DNA of 64,000 nucleotides, taken from contig CM052817.1 in assembly GCA_028534125.1 (NCBI GenBank), positions 74,030,001-74,094,000 on the forward strand. Reading direction: 5' to 3'. Source of the stretch: Lama glama (lineage: Eukaryota). Under the pieces are notes generated by a model. The model did no database searches. It saw only the letters and a list, made by a program, of their open reading frames with translations, and was not told the origin of the DNA. A program made the position numbers and the translations under genes. Shown here one piece after another: positions 1 through 13,504 of the stretch; positions within the stretch are counted from its first letter, which is position 1; every line of letters begins with the position of its first letter.

Positions 1-2285
1 AAAAAACAGATCTTCCATTATAAACTGGCAAATTGAACTCTTTACTATATTCTGGACGCAAAATGACTTCATTTTTCACAGTTGTTTGAGAGGAAAACAC
101 TATGGATTCTGTCAAAGTGTTAACTGTTGTCGTTGAAGACTATATTTGGTAACACCATTCCCTTGCTTTAATCTAAGTGGTTCTGAACTTAAAGAAAGAT
201 CATGAACACTATGGAAGCCATGCTGTGAAAACAACTCAGTGGGTCAATAAATACTGTAATGGGCCCGCAGAGAAGACTCTTTGTTGACAAGTGGCAACTT
301 GAAATGACAACTGAGTTTGGGTACTAAAGAATCAAAGACTGAAAAGTAATCATCAACATTCATTTAAACTCATGCATGACAACTTACACTGTGGTTATTA
401 AACAAAGAGAAATTAACATTCATTTTCTTACACTATATTGTTTCTTTATATATTATTATCTAAAGGAATACATCCATAATTTTAATATAGATGTACTTAA
501 GGACTTAGAAAAACATCTTGCACAAAATAAATGAATACCAAATGAATATTTATAAGCAATGACACCAATTTAATTGTTTGGACTTTCTGGGGATTCTTTT
601 CTTTCATATTGAAACTAGCACTGAAAGATAGAAGGGTCAAAAAATTAACTTAGGTATGTAATATTTTGCTTTTCTATTCATTCACATTTGTGTGATTATT
701 TGTTATCAGTATTATCGAAATAATCACTAACACTGTGCTGTGTGACATGCAAAAAAAGAGAAAACTTGGTGCCCTTTACTAGAAAACTCTTTAAATATTA
801 AACCATCCATCTATACTTTGCAGAGAGTTTAGAATTTTTCTTTAAATAGAAGTGCTCAGAATTGAACATAAAATGTGTGTGCAACAGCCCAAAAGAGAAG
901 AGATAATGGAGTTTACGAAAGAGGGGTCAAAACTCAGTACTGACGTTAGGATAGAATATATGAGAAAAGAGGAGAGATGCACACACAAGTAACTTCCTAT
1001 GAAGGAAGAGGGCTTGGCAAAACACAGCTGACTTCCTGTCAAATGAGCAGGAGTACTCAAGATTAAAGCACACATGTATTTAATATGCTACATTCAGTTT
1101 ATATCAGTGGATGCAAAGAATGAAAAAGGAATATACTGAGATATTTTCTGTTTTGAGATAAAACACTTGAGTTTTTTTCCTAGGATGTGATTGCCAAGAA
1201 CTGCTTTATTTTAGTGAAAATGTCTCACATACAAATCTATGCAAACAAGATACACACGCGCGCACACTTGAACACACGCACACCCACGTTCACACGTAGA
1301 CACACAGCATACACACACCGTCATCGCTTCCACATAAAGGCCACTCTGTCCGCGTGAGCCATCCTTTACTGTCACGCATGACTAATAAGAGTTAAATGAG
1401 TATGTGTCTCAACCACCACTTTTCCTTGTGTTTAAATGTACAATTACAATTTTTTTGTTAAAGATTAGATTAATTATCTTTTGTTTTTTTTTTTTACTAT
1501 AGAAAATCTCTTGGATGTATCTGTAATATTAAGTACTTAAAAGTAAGAGAAGAATTCCAGCTAAAATGCGAGGAGGACTTCCTTTAAAGAGTCAAATATG
1601 GGCTCAACCACAGCTGTCTTTTAAATATACAAGAGCTTTGGCACTTCTGTGTGAAATGTAGTTATTTTATATTATGGAAGCAGAATATTTTTATTTAAAA
1701 ATTTAAATGAAACCAGATATTTAAATGATGCACTGAATTATTCTTATGAGGCATGGATGGGCAAGATCTTCCTATTTTTCAGGTGTTGAGTTCATTCAGT
1801 TTTGAGGTTAAGAAATATTTTATCTAAAGGTGCTTAACTAGGATGGATCCATTGTCAGACCACTTTCACATTATTTGTAACACTCCATGGTGGATGGTTT
1901 ATCTATACTAGGAATCACTCCTATTTTAGTCATCGTCATCCTTACTTAAAAATAATCCTATAGTGTTTCTTCACTTTTCACAATAATTCTAGACATTACT
2001 TATGTCATGGTCTCTTCAGTTTTACAAGAAAACCGCACTGTCTTCTAAAAGATCCTTTAATAGCACATGGATGATGGTATCAACTTTTTAGATATTTAAA
2101 AAATTCCATTTCAAAGAAAAACAGTAATATGTGAGCATGGGCACCATGTTTTAATAGTTAATTAACATTAACCTGTAACGGTCCTATCCTTTCTCCACTT
2201 AACACTAACTTAGGTAAGTAATACTGTTCTACTCCTAAGTGTGAATTTTCACAGGAGGAGAAATCTGGCAGATAGAGATCCTCAC

Positions 2286-2318
2286 CATCATCTGAACACT
2301 CGAACTGGACTTCCTTTT
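2286..2318 (-). CDS. CAMK2D: CAMK2D alternative exon 14 (33 nt), KRKSSSSVQMM; forms the KKRK nuclear localisation signal of the deltaB/delta3 isoform
   Basis: Minus strand reads cacttcag|AAAAGGAAGTCCAGTTCGAGTGTTCAGATGATG|gtgagg. Phase 0-0. The peptide is visible in ORF 2235..2618. Confidence 0.96.
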
Positions 2319-3648
2319 CTGAAGTGACCAGTCAAAGAGAAAGGAAAAGAAAAAAATATGACCGGTTGAATTTTTAAAGTATCCAAGCATGGAGCACAGA
2401 ATAATTTTGTCTTTCAGGAGAAACAATAAGGTGACTGGAAGAAAAAAGTTCTGGAAATATCTCCTTCTATATAAAGATAGTAACAAAACTATCTCAACAG
2501 AAACTGTGAGCTCTGCATTACTGAACAATACAGAAAACCACAGGAGAATAAAACATTTGGAAAATTTAAAATACCACATTTCCACCAATGTAACACTGGG
2601 GAATAAGGCAGACATCAACAGTGATTACTGAAATTTAAACTGAGTAAAGTAAGCAGGAGGAAGAGAATATTACAGGTAGAGGAAATGCCATCCTCATGGG
2701 AATCACAAGTGCATGGTCACCATCGCTCTGGAAATTCCCAAATCACACACAGACAGGGGGGTGAAGAATGACTGCGCATGAATGTAACAAGTGACAAATG
2801 ATTTTCTATGTCATATTTTCAAAATGAACTGACCACCTGACTTTGGGTCAAGTTCAAATGTTAGAAAATTAATTCCCAAGAATGTTGAAGTGTTCATGAG
2901 GAATGTAGGTGTCTGCCATTAGAAGAGAAAGAAAAGGATTAAAGAAATAAAACATTGAGGTAATATTCTGCAAAGACAACAAACATAATGCAAATATAAG
3001 GTTCTATACAACCAAAGGTAAATTCCCATGAAATGAAACAGAATCAGTAGAAATTATGTTGTATTATTTTGTTTAGAAATCCAAGAAAGTCAAAATAGTC
3101 TGCCGTTATCTTTCTTGGAAAATTTTTCTAATATTTGTTCAGGATATTATGTTAAGCCTGTCTCAATATCTTATAACAGACAGGAACAATTAAGACCTTT
3201 ATAAAAACTGCCCAAGCAGAGAAATAGTCTTGTGAGGTATGGTTTCCTAGACTCAATGATTTGATTTTTTTCCAGGCTAGAAATCTTAGCAGCCTTCAAG
3301 AATACAGCATAACTAATTGGAAAAGCACTTGGTTTTCACAGATTTTCAGGTCACCATGACAGTTTGAGGCTGCAGTAAAGCAGAGAGGATTTAGATGTTC
3401 AGTTTCTATAGTAACTTCATATAATTGTCATGATTATTTAATATGTAATAAAATAGAAAAATGCAGCTTTTCTTGGTATAAATATTAATCATTTTTATAT
3501 ATGAAATTATTTTATATTTCAACTTGCATCCTTTATCAGGAACTATAACAACTGCAAGCTGCAATGACTTAGAACTTATATTTAACGTTCAAAAATGACC
3601 CAGCAACTGAAAGGCAGAAATGAGTTTAGGAGCACCTGTTTAACTTAC

Positions 3649-3686
3649 CTTCACTCCATCTGGTTTCTTCAACAAACTCTTGGCTG
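3649..3686 (-). CDS. CAMK2D: CAMK2D exon 13 (38 nt), AAKSLLKKPDGVK, start of the variable linker
   Basis: ttttgcag|CAGCCAAGAGTTTGTTGAAGAAACCAGATGGAGTGAAG|gtaagt. Confidence 0.96.
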
Positions 3687-6600
3687 CTGCAAAATGAAAG
3701 TAAAATCAGTTTAGTGAGTTACCCACAGAAACCCACAGCCAGGCAACAAGACAGGTTCTTGTTTCCTTCCACCGCCTTTACTGAGTTATGGCCAACTTAT
3801 GCCAAATTATCAAGGTCACACTGATGAGCGCGAGCTTACAGGACACTGAAATGCAGTATCACTTTTCTTGGTTTTGCCATATCAAATTTAGGACTGAATT
3901 CTTATTTAGTTTGTAGCATATGATTGGGCGCTTTGCCAGTTATATTATAGGACTTTATTTCGCTGTTGGTTGCGAAAAGGATACTGGAACTTTAACTGGA
4001 CTATGCTTTTGTAATCCAGAAAGTTGATTTCAGTCTTCAGACATCAGCTTACAGACTGTATTACATGTTCATTCATACCACAAGAATAGTGACCGAGTCA
4101 GTTCTGCCACTGAAGCCCCTCCTCCTAGACGCTTAAAACTCACTTGTGAAAATTTGCTCTGGCTAAATAACATGTTTTTTAATACACATATTAGAAATCA
4201 GATCATTTGATTTTTATAAAAAGTATTCATAACTATATTTAAAATGAAATGGTATATTACTGACTTGGAGCAAATTGTTTAAATGTTGAGCATATTACCT
4301 TCAAAGAAAGGTATTATGTATTCTATTATACTTCAAAATCTGAAAACAAAGGCTTCATAAAAGCCTTTAACATTGAAAAATGAAAAATCATAAAATTTGA
4401 GGCAAGATAAAAAACAAAATGAAATCTTCAACTAACTCAGAGAACTCCTAAAGTACATGGTCTTACATGAAACTATTTTTTTGGAGGGGAGCTTTTAGCA
4501 TTCCTTCTGCTACTGAACTTCTTGAGTATATTAAAAAGTTATGTTGTCCTTTCAAAAAATATACTTATGAATGGGTACATACACAGTGAACAGATTATAT
4601 GACTGTCCATGACAATTACTAGATCAAATGTAGAACATTCACAAATATGCAGGACAAGGTACACACTTAGTTTTCCATTTAATGTTAATTATATTACATA
4701 TATGGTTACTTAAGTATATCAGAATAGAATTTGGTTTCTGAAATGGAAATATCTAGCTATAACAGAACTGCATGAACATGTAATTTCCTGACATCCATTT
4801 GATTTGGGCCATTATTTTGATATCACTTTGGTATAATTTTAAATTTATTTAAGAGATACAAAATGTTAATTTTATTTAGCCTTTAGCAACAAAGCTATTA
4901 ATTTATTATTAATGAGACTGCAAGAAATAGTAGCCTTAGCTCTAATACCGTGTGCCTGGAGCTAAAAAGCAACATTAAGGAAATCTTGTGGCAGTTAATA
5001 GGTTAGAAAGCAAACTCAGAATAATTGGAATTGCAGTAGCAAGCAAAGAGAAGACAATGATTCGGGGTAAGCAGGGATTTGGCCTGGGAGATGCAGAAAT
5101 GTCCCTTTTGGTTACTATTCACCTTACCTCACAAGAAATACATTCCACATAAAGGGAGAAAAGAAAAAATAAAAACAACTTTATAACCATATACTCATGG
5201 ACAAATTACTTAATTTAAAGAGCATGTTTGGCAATGAAACAGAATGAATACTCAAAACTAAAATGCAATATCAAGTACAAGATGTAACTGGGTCTCATGT
5301 TATTCAGTTGGTTTTGAAGTGATGGATTAAAAAAAAAAGTTTGCTTTTCATGCTAAGACATTCAGAAACGATATAAAATCCACGTATTAGTCATGAGTTT
5401 TTAGTTTACATGATGACGAAAAGGAAAATGTGAGGTAAACAAAAAGCCTCTATACATGGGTGCATATATTAATAAAGGCCCAATTTTTACCTAAAAGTGT
5501 AATTAAGACTTTAACAAAATATACAATCTTCAAATTCAGATTTTGTAAGTTAGTTTGTCACTAACAATATCTACTATATAAATAAATCATCCTACCTTTT
5601 AGTGATTCACTAATTATTGGGCCACAGTGAAATATTAATTTATCTGCATATAGCATATATTAGTTATTATTTAATGAGATGATATTGAACTCACCCATAT
5701 AACGTCAACTATATTAATCAACTGTTCATAAAACAGATAACTTGACAAAGGCAGTAACAAGGTTTTATTACATGAAACAAATTGGACAAAATACATACAA
5801 CTGACACAGTCCCTCAATTTGCAGCATTTTTCATTGTATTATCACTGATGCTTGACAGAACACTGGAAGCCTTCAGAAAGACTCCTATGATTTCACAGTT
5901 CCGTACAGTGAGGGATAGAAGGTGGCCATTTAATAAAATGGTAAATAATAACTAGAAATTGGTTTAGAAATTTAGAGAACATTTGATAATTATACAGATC
6001 ATCCGACCTCACTACAATATTCAGGCTAAGTATGGAGCAGAAATAAAGAAGTGAAGAAATACCTGGGGACTTTGATGCTGCAGATCACTTACAGAAACAG
6101 TAAGCAATGTAAAATGGTAGTATTTTTGGCACAATCATCTGACAAATGTTGAAAGTCTCAACAGCCAAACAGCAGCTATCTTGCTGCTTCAGTCCCTCCC
6201 CAGACACAAGGATGATTCACTTTTAAGAAAATTTTATCTTTGGAAACCTGATCCTTTGAGGTAATCTATCAAAGAAGGGGGCTCCAAAATTCAATTTCTG
6301 GAAATAGTATATACTTTATGTCAACTGTGGAGAGTCACTCCTATAATAAAGAAATAGCTTAGCTTCTATTTTAGCCCATTATTTAACGAGAAATCATTAC
6401 AAGGAACATTTATGACTGTGGGGTAGGTTCTCTGAAAATTCCTGAGTTTAGATACGTTTGAAAGTTGTAATCATTCTCAAAGCTTGCCAAGATACTGCAG
6501 TCCTGTACTTTCAAAAGAACTCAGGCCTAAGACAAATAGGTTCCTTAATAATGGCCTTCTTTTAAAAATCTTGCTTATCGGGATTCTCTAAGAAAATGAG

Positions 6601-6971
6601 ATAGAAAAAAAAGAAACTATTCATAGTGATTAATTTATGAGATATCAGTAAATTCTACATTCAAAGTGCTGAACTTCCAGTTGGGAGAATATACAGTTCC
6701 AAACTGTGTGCACTCAGCAGGGATGACAAATGGGTTCCAAGCCGAGGGCTTCCTGAGAGCTCTCTGGCAGGGTGCAGTCACGTGCTTCTGTGACACAGCA
6801 CCTGGGGAAACTCCTAACGGCAGCCACAGACGTGGTAAAAGTCCATGTCATGCCTTTACCATCCCTGAACAACAGTGTTTTCCCAATTATTAGATTCTTT
6901 AAAATTAAATCCCCAAAAGGCTACTAGAGAGGAGAGCAGAGGAAAAGCAGCAGAGTTCTCGACACATGTAC

Positions 6972-7014
6972 CTGAGAAATTCCTTGTAGCCAGCATAGTT
7001 GTCAAGATGGCACC
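6972..7014 (-). CDS. CAMK2D: CAMK2D exon 12 (43 nt), GAILTTMLATRNFS; calmodulin-binding segment with the inhibitory Thr-Thr sites
   Basis: cctgacag|GGTGCCATCTTGACAACTATGCTGGCTACAAGGAATTTCTCAG|gtacat. Confidence 0.97.
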
Positions 7015-7459
7015 CTGTCAGGACAGGAAGGATACATGATTAATGCTGCCTCTGCAAATCTCTGACCTAGCAAATAAATAGTCCTTGATAACAAATCTTC
7101 GCCTGGCCTTACTTTCAGTCGGGGGTTTTTGTCTGGTTGTGGGTTTTGGTTGCCTGAGAGGAGCGGGCCTCTGTCTCTCATGATGCAGGGACCACCCTTG
7201 TGTGTGTGGTCAGATTTCCATTAGCAGTTTGCACAGCTGCCCCTCACTGAGGGAGGGACCACCGCACACATCACCACAGTGATCCTAGCTCTTCATCGTA
7301 GCTTTAACTCCAGTGTATACTCCATTTCCCCAAGACCCAGAGGAGGAGAACTTAGGCCTACACATTGAAAAGCCTTTGCTAATGCTAATGTTCCTCCTAC
7401 AGAGTCTCACTCCTCACTCTGCCAAATTCTCCTCCTCACAAAAATGTGAGATGTCTTAC

Positions 7460-7543
7460 CTTTAGTTTTCTTCTAGCGTTAAATTTCTTCAAGCAGTCTA
7501 CAGTCTCCTGTCTGTGCATCATGGAAGCAACAGTAGAACGTTG
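7460..7543 (-). CDS. CAMK2D: CAMK2D exon 11 (84 nt), [28 protein letters not shown]; autoinhibitory segment with oxidisable Met-Met and the autophosphorylated Thr of RQET
   Basis: cttccag|CAACGT...AAACTAAAG|gtaaga; translation matches CaMKII delta. Confidence 0.97.
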
Positions 7544-7714
7544 CTGGAAGAGGAGAAAAATAAACTTAACTGAGGATATGTAAAAGATATTGAGCATAAC
7601 AGTATCTTCAACTTCATCAAGTTTTTATTAATGGTGCCTGTACCCATATGATGAACTCATAAGTATTCAATTGCAAGAGTTTCCTAATAATGAAAGATTG
7701 ATTTTGTAAGACTA

Positions 7715-7981
<267 letters not shown>

Positions 7982-8550
7982 TCAGTATAACAGGGAGGAG
8001 TCAAATATCCTAATCATTTCCTTATGTAGTGAATTCCTTCACAAATTTACTTTTTGTATAAGTTAAATTATATCTACATAGAGATAAACTGATGCAGAGA
8101 TATACATCCACCTCTCCATGTATATATCTATATTGAAGATATTGAGTGTGACTGATAAGGGACAAACAGATACATTAAATTGTCACGTTATAACTAGTGA
8201 AACATTTTAAAATTTAGAAAAATAAATTCAACCTTCTAGTTCTCTCAGAGCATCTTTGCTTTGATCTGAAAATGCAATTTTATGCAATGTTTCTCATATT
8301 TATTTATGCAAATTTGCAACAGTCAATAAAGCTGAGAAGTTGTCATGTCATGATGCTATTATGCCAAGGTTCAAAATGATATATTACATACTGTCACAGT
8401 TCATAAGAAGTAATAGCAGGGATAATAAAACAGCTTCAGTTCTTGTTCCCAAAGTGACCTATTAACTGTCACTATTTGGAGTGAGAAGTAGTAGTGAGAC
8501 TGCAAGAGCCTCAGGAGGACTTCATTCTAATACTTCAAAAAGTTAATCAC

Positions 8551-8780
8551 AAATTGAGAGTTTGGGATTAGCAGATACAAACTACTATATACAAAATAGG
8601 CAAACAATAAAGTCCTACTGTGTAGCACAGGGAACTATGTTCAACACCTTGTAATAACCTATAATTAAAAACAATATTAAAATGAATATATATATACATA
8701 CACACACACATATATATAACTGAATCACTATGCTCCACACCAGAAACTAACCCAACATTGTAACTCTACTTCAACAAAAA
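8551..8780 (+). mobile_element. 5'-truncated artiodactyl-type L1 3' UTR with internal (TA)/(CA) microsatellite
   Basis: Contains tactgtgtagcacagggaac and actgaatcactatgct. Flanks aaaaagttaatc / aaaaaggttaatc resemble a TSD. Confidence 0.85.
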
Positions 8781-9716
8781 GGTTAATCTATTTAATTACA
8801 AGTTTCACCAAAACAAAGTTTGTGAAAGTAGCCAACTCTGATAACATCTATTAGTAATCCATTTGCATACTAATAATTGTGTAATAAAGCTATTTATCCT
8901 AAATTTCTGTATGTGAATCTTTTGTTGATACTTACGTAGCCCCACTTTCACATAATAAGCATATTTAGCAGAAATACTGTTTTTGATAGGTTAAGAAAAG
9001 TGTGTATCACATTAGTTTTTAAACAAACAGAATATCAGGGTCTTTCCCAATTCATGAATGTTTACACACAATCTTGAGAAAAAAGCCATTGTCACTGGGT
9101 CATGGACTTAAGTTAGTTCACTTTTAGTTGTTATAAAATGGGCAGGCTGTGAACTATTGGCAAAATGAAACATAAGAAAAATGATACTAATTCTTCAATA
9201 CTTGCAAATTTTGCCAGTTTAACAACTGTCATTTTAATTCCAGAATTTTATTTTGGGCATCTGTAAAAACTTGCTAGCAATCAGAAACTACTGAAGAAAC
9301 ACCCAAGCCTGACTCTTCATGATGTGCAGCTCTTCTGATAGCAAATGAGGAGCTGGGATCAACCTGGGTCAAGGTGGACCCTTTTCTTATTTTTCTAATT
9401 TTCACAAAGACATCCCTTCATATTCAACAAGCACTGCATTTGCAGAGCTATGTCTTCCCAGAGGAGTGCCTGGCCCTCCTTGAAGGCAGTGAAAGTGCTA
9501 GCTGCGGCCAGGGCAGTCATAATTCGGCCCAATTATTGTCAGTCTGGCTAGAAGGGAATGCTTCAGAACGAAAAGATTTTCAATCCCTGTGATATACACA
9601 TCCACCTAAATCGAACATTTAGTCAGAAATGCATTGGGAGGTTGATGATACCTGATACAATATAACATAAACTTCTCATTTAACTTCTCTTACTTCCACA
9701 CGTTGAGCTTCTCACT

Positions 9717-9900
9717 TTTCCTTTTTTTTTTTAATTGAAGTATAGTCAGTTCACAATGTTGTGTCAATTTCTGGTACACAGCACAATGTTTCAGTCATAC
9801 ATATACGTACACATACTCATTTCCATATTCCTTTCATTAAAGATTACTACAAGGTATTGAATATAGTTCCCTGTGCTATACTATATAAACTTGTTTATCT
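9717..9900 (-). mobile_element. 5'-truncated L1 3' UTR with poly(A) tail, gene-sense
   Basis: Reverse complement of the same L1 3' end. TSD-like flanks acgttgagctt (9700-9710) and acattgagctt (9903-9913). Confidence 0.85.
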
Positions 9901-10220
9901 AGACATTGAGCTTGTAACATGAGCACAGAAGGTAGACACCAAATTGCCTGCCACTTAATACCACCGGAAAAACATCTCCACACTTTGCACTCTGACTTCC
10001 AGAGGGCTGTGCAAGGTAAAACCAGAGGAGGTGGAAAATCATACTTACGGACATATTTGTCAAAGGAGAGAAAATTGTACCAAAAAGCACAAAGTTAAGC
10101 CATAAAGAGAAAGTAGATAAGGCTTTACTCTACAGAACTTAATTCGGATGCCTACTTTCAAAGATTTCTAATTGTAAATGAAATGTATTGGAACTGTGAT
10201 TTTCAAACTTTTAAAAAATC

Positions 10221-10320
10221 TTTCTTTTTGTTTCCCCTCTTTAATGGAGGCACTGCGGATTGAACCTAGGACCTCGTGCACGCCAAGCACGTGCTCTACC
10301 ACTGGGCTGTATCCCTCAGG
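10221..10320 (-). mobile_element. Short tRNA(Ala-like)-derived SINE resembling the camelid type
   Basis: Minus strand GAGGGATACAGCCCAGTGGTAGAGCACGTGCTTGGCGTGCACGAGGTCCTAGGTTCAATCCGCAGTGCCTCCATTAAA plus an A-rich tail; degenerate Pol III A and B boxes. Confidence 0.8.
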
Positions 10321-10806
10321 CCCCGCAACTGTTTTTCAACTGCGAAACCCATTCTTCAAATGAAAGTTTGCACAGAAGCCCACGGGTAAACAAGACAAAA
10401 ACAGTCAAAACTGACATAATGGAACAATGCTCTACTTGATACATGGATCATTGCAAAGTACTGTTTGTATCTAATTATGAGACAGGCATTGGGAAATATA
10501 CCTCAGCTAAACAGGTAGTAATCATTTCTAAAGCAGAAATCATTTAATTTTTTTATATTTTAAAATGCACTAAGATCCAAAAGCACTGACAAGCAAGGCC
10601 CTTCCTTACAGACTTCAAGCTGTTTTCCTTTAGGAAGATAGAGAGCTGCAAGCAAATACAAACTGAGTATGTATGCTGCATTTCTCATTCCTTATCTCCC
10701 TTTCCCTAAAAGAGAGGAAAACGATAAGGGACGTTATTGAACATAATGGTTAAAATAGCAATGAAAAAATCTGAGTCTTAATCAATAAACAAAAACCAAA
10801 CCCTCA

Positions 10807-10998
<192 letters not shown>

Positions 10999-11330
10999 TC
11001 ACAATGACATCAAGCTGCACCCATTCTAAAAGAGGAACCTGAATTGTTGGTAAACTTCAGAGAGACAGGTTATTCTCTTCTCTGACATGTTCTGTGGAGA
11101 GTGAATGTTGATCCTCCCACACTCAAGAGCTCTGACAAGGCAGCAGTCCAAAACTGGCACCCACGAACCCTCAAGATGCACGTCTGAAGACAAAATGGGC
11201 TTGCCCCTGGGGGGACATATCTGGCCTCCCTGAACTCTGCTTGTGTGTGATCCCCCTGCACTCTCATCTGCTTAGATACCACGTGATTTTAGTCACGTTA
11301 ACACTTGACGTTTAAAAAATAACAGGTTAT

Positions 11331-11671
11331 ATGGCAACAAACTGGACAACCTGGAAGAAACAGGCAAGTTTCCAGGAACATACAGGCCACTAAGACTGAA
11401 TCAAGAAGAAACAGATCATTTGAACAGACTGAACACTAGAAGTGAAATAGAATCGATAATAAAAAAAACCTCCCTGCAAACAAAAGTCCAGGACAGGATG
11501 GCTTCACTAGGGAATCCTACCAAACACACAAGGGAGAACTCATACCAGTCCTTCTCAAACTCTTCTAAAAGACTGAAGAGGAGGGAATACTCCCAAACTC
11601 ATTCTCTGAAGCCACCATCACCCTGATACCAAAACCAGACAAAGACACCACCAAAAAAGAAAATTACAGGC
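11331..11671 (+). mobile_element. Internal L1 ORF2 fragment (region just upstream of the RT core), frameshifted
   Basis: Encodes ORF2-like segments ([36 protein letters not shown]); overlaps ORF 11420..11626. Confidence 0.9.
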
Positions 11672-13504
11672 TAAAAACATAACATGTTATTAACTTCCTC
11701 TTAGTCATCCTGCTGCTAATTAGGACATTTTGTTGAGTGATGGTGCCCTGGTTGTAACTTCAGACTCTAAATAGCCAGGGTCCTTGGGAGTGTGGATAAT
11801 ATATAAGGAGATGAAAATCCTTTTCTCTTTAATGATCTGAGTCTTCAAAAATAGAGTTCTTTAAAACAACAACAACAACTAAACCAGTGATACTACAGAA
11901 GAGTATATATTACAATGAGGGAAAAGGAAGAGGAGACTGAAGTTGAACATAAAATTCAAAGAGTTAAATACTCAGCTTTAACACAATTTGATATATTTTT
12001 CATAAATATGTAATTATTCACAAATCAGTGTCATCAATATCTGATTTAACTTTTAAGTTAAAAAAAATTCTTGTCATCACTGGCTTTTAACTTGCTTTGA
12101 AATCATATCTAGGGTCTAAATGTCTCCTGGGAAGGTCCTCTTTCTCATCATACATCCCTTCCTCTACTTTTGAAATACTTTATTGCCCTGCTTAAGGTCT
12201 TCACTTTCTTTTCTAGCCCCTTGTCCTGGAGTTAGGTCTGCCATGGCTCTGATGTCTCCTGCCCCCTCTTTTCCTCTTGCTGCACTCCCTTTCCGCGGGA
12301 AGCCTGGGAGAGGTGGGTAAGATAGGGAAACTCTGCCTGGTGTGCCTTAGATTCCTCTCTCCGCTCATCAGGGCTAGTCACTTGTTTCCTTACCTTTCCT
12401 TTGTCAGGGACATCTAGCCCTGTCCTGTCCATCAGCCTGACATCTTTACACGATACACACCACCGCGGCTGCAATGGCTTTAAACACGGGTTTAATTGCC
12501 TTAGACTTTTCTAACCTGCTTCAAGGAGATCCAGTTCAAAATCAGATCACTACCAGAATAAAACATTTTAAAAAACATTATTAAATAAAAACCCAACAAG
12601 GTTTTTAAGTCGAGATTGAAAGTTATTTCATCACAGTGGAGTTAAAAATCAAAAAAAAAAAAAAAGGACCATATAGAAAGTCACAATATATTGGTACCTC
12701 ACGTTCACAACATACAAATATTTTTCCATCTTTCACTACATTATAGATTTAATGTGCATTCACTGAAATTTATTTTCATATTTTTACTATATGATGTAAT
12801 GGATGCATCTAGTAATAATGATGACAACAGTGATGACGAGTGCCTGTGTTTGTGTCCCCAGGATGCAAGCAGAAAAGAGAACGTACCCTCAACGGTTTTA
12901 GCCCTCAGCTATGGTTTAGGGAGTGAAGAGGAAAATCAGTTTTGTAATGGCAATAGTTTATACTAATTTTTAATTAGACATTTTCTAATAACAACTGGAG
13001 TTTAGGCTATTATAAAATTAAAAAACAAGCTCACAACTGTGACATTTAGCACTCTGGACCTAGGCTGGGATTGCAAGCCTGGCCTGCTTCTGAGGGTTTA
13101 TTCTTGTGCATTACATTTACTTGCTGTGGTACTTCTCTGCGAAGGGAGGGCTCTGAGACAGTTCATTCCCCAAGAATCAGCAGCCACAGTGTAGATAAAT
13201 GTTCATTATTTGTTTGATTGAGGGGTTTCTACCAAAAATGTACTTTTAATAAAATAATAGCATAAATAGAGAAGATTTAGAAACACTTTCAGGTCAGAAG
13301 ACTTAAAGAAAAAAGTTACAGAGGCACTACTGAGCAGGCTAATGTTAAATTGTCAAGGCCTATTAAAATAAACATTGTTCTGTAAACTAACTCTGACTTG
13401 CTCATTAGACTAGATTTGGAAGCATTTCTGAGTTGTAGCTCTTTCGTGGTTCTATTTTCTGAAAGTATAGAACAAAGACGAGAGTTGTGGCATACTAAGA
13501 AGGA

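Noticed and set aside
1..2280. Further linker exons (INNKANVV..., EPQTTVIHN...)
   Set aside because: I could not find matching sequence; they probably lie beyond the left edge of the window.
2330..2355. UCUU (RBM20/PTB-like) motifs before exon 14
   Set aside because: Not distinguishable from ordinary pyrimidine-tract composition by sequence alone.
10245..10316. Functional tRNA gene
   Set aside because: The acceptor stem and Pol III boxes are degenerate, and an A-rich tail indicates a SINE.
12385..12440. Cryptic exon ending at a strong AAG|gtaagg donor
   Set aside because: The upstream acceptor has no pyrimidine tract.
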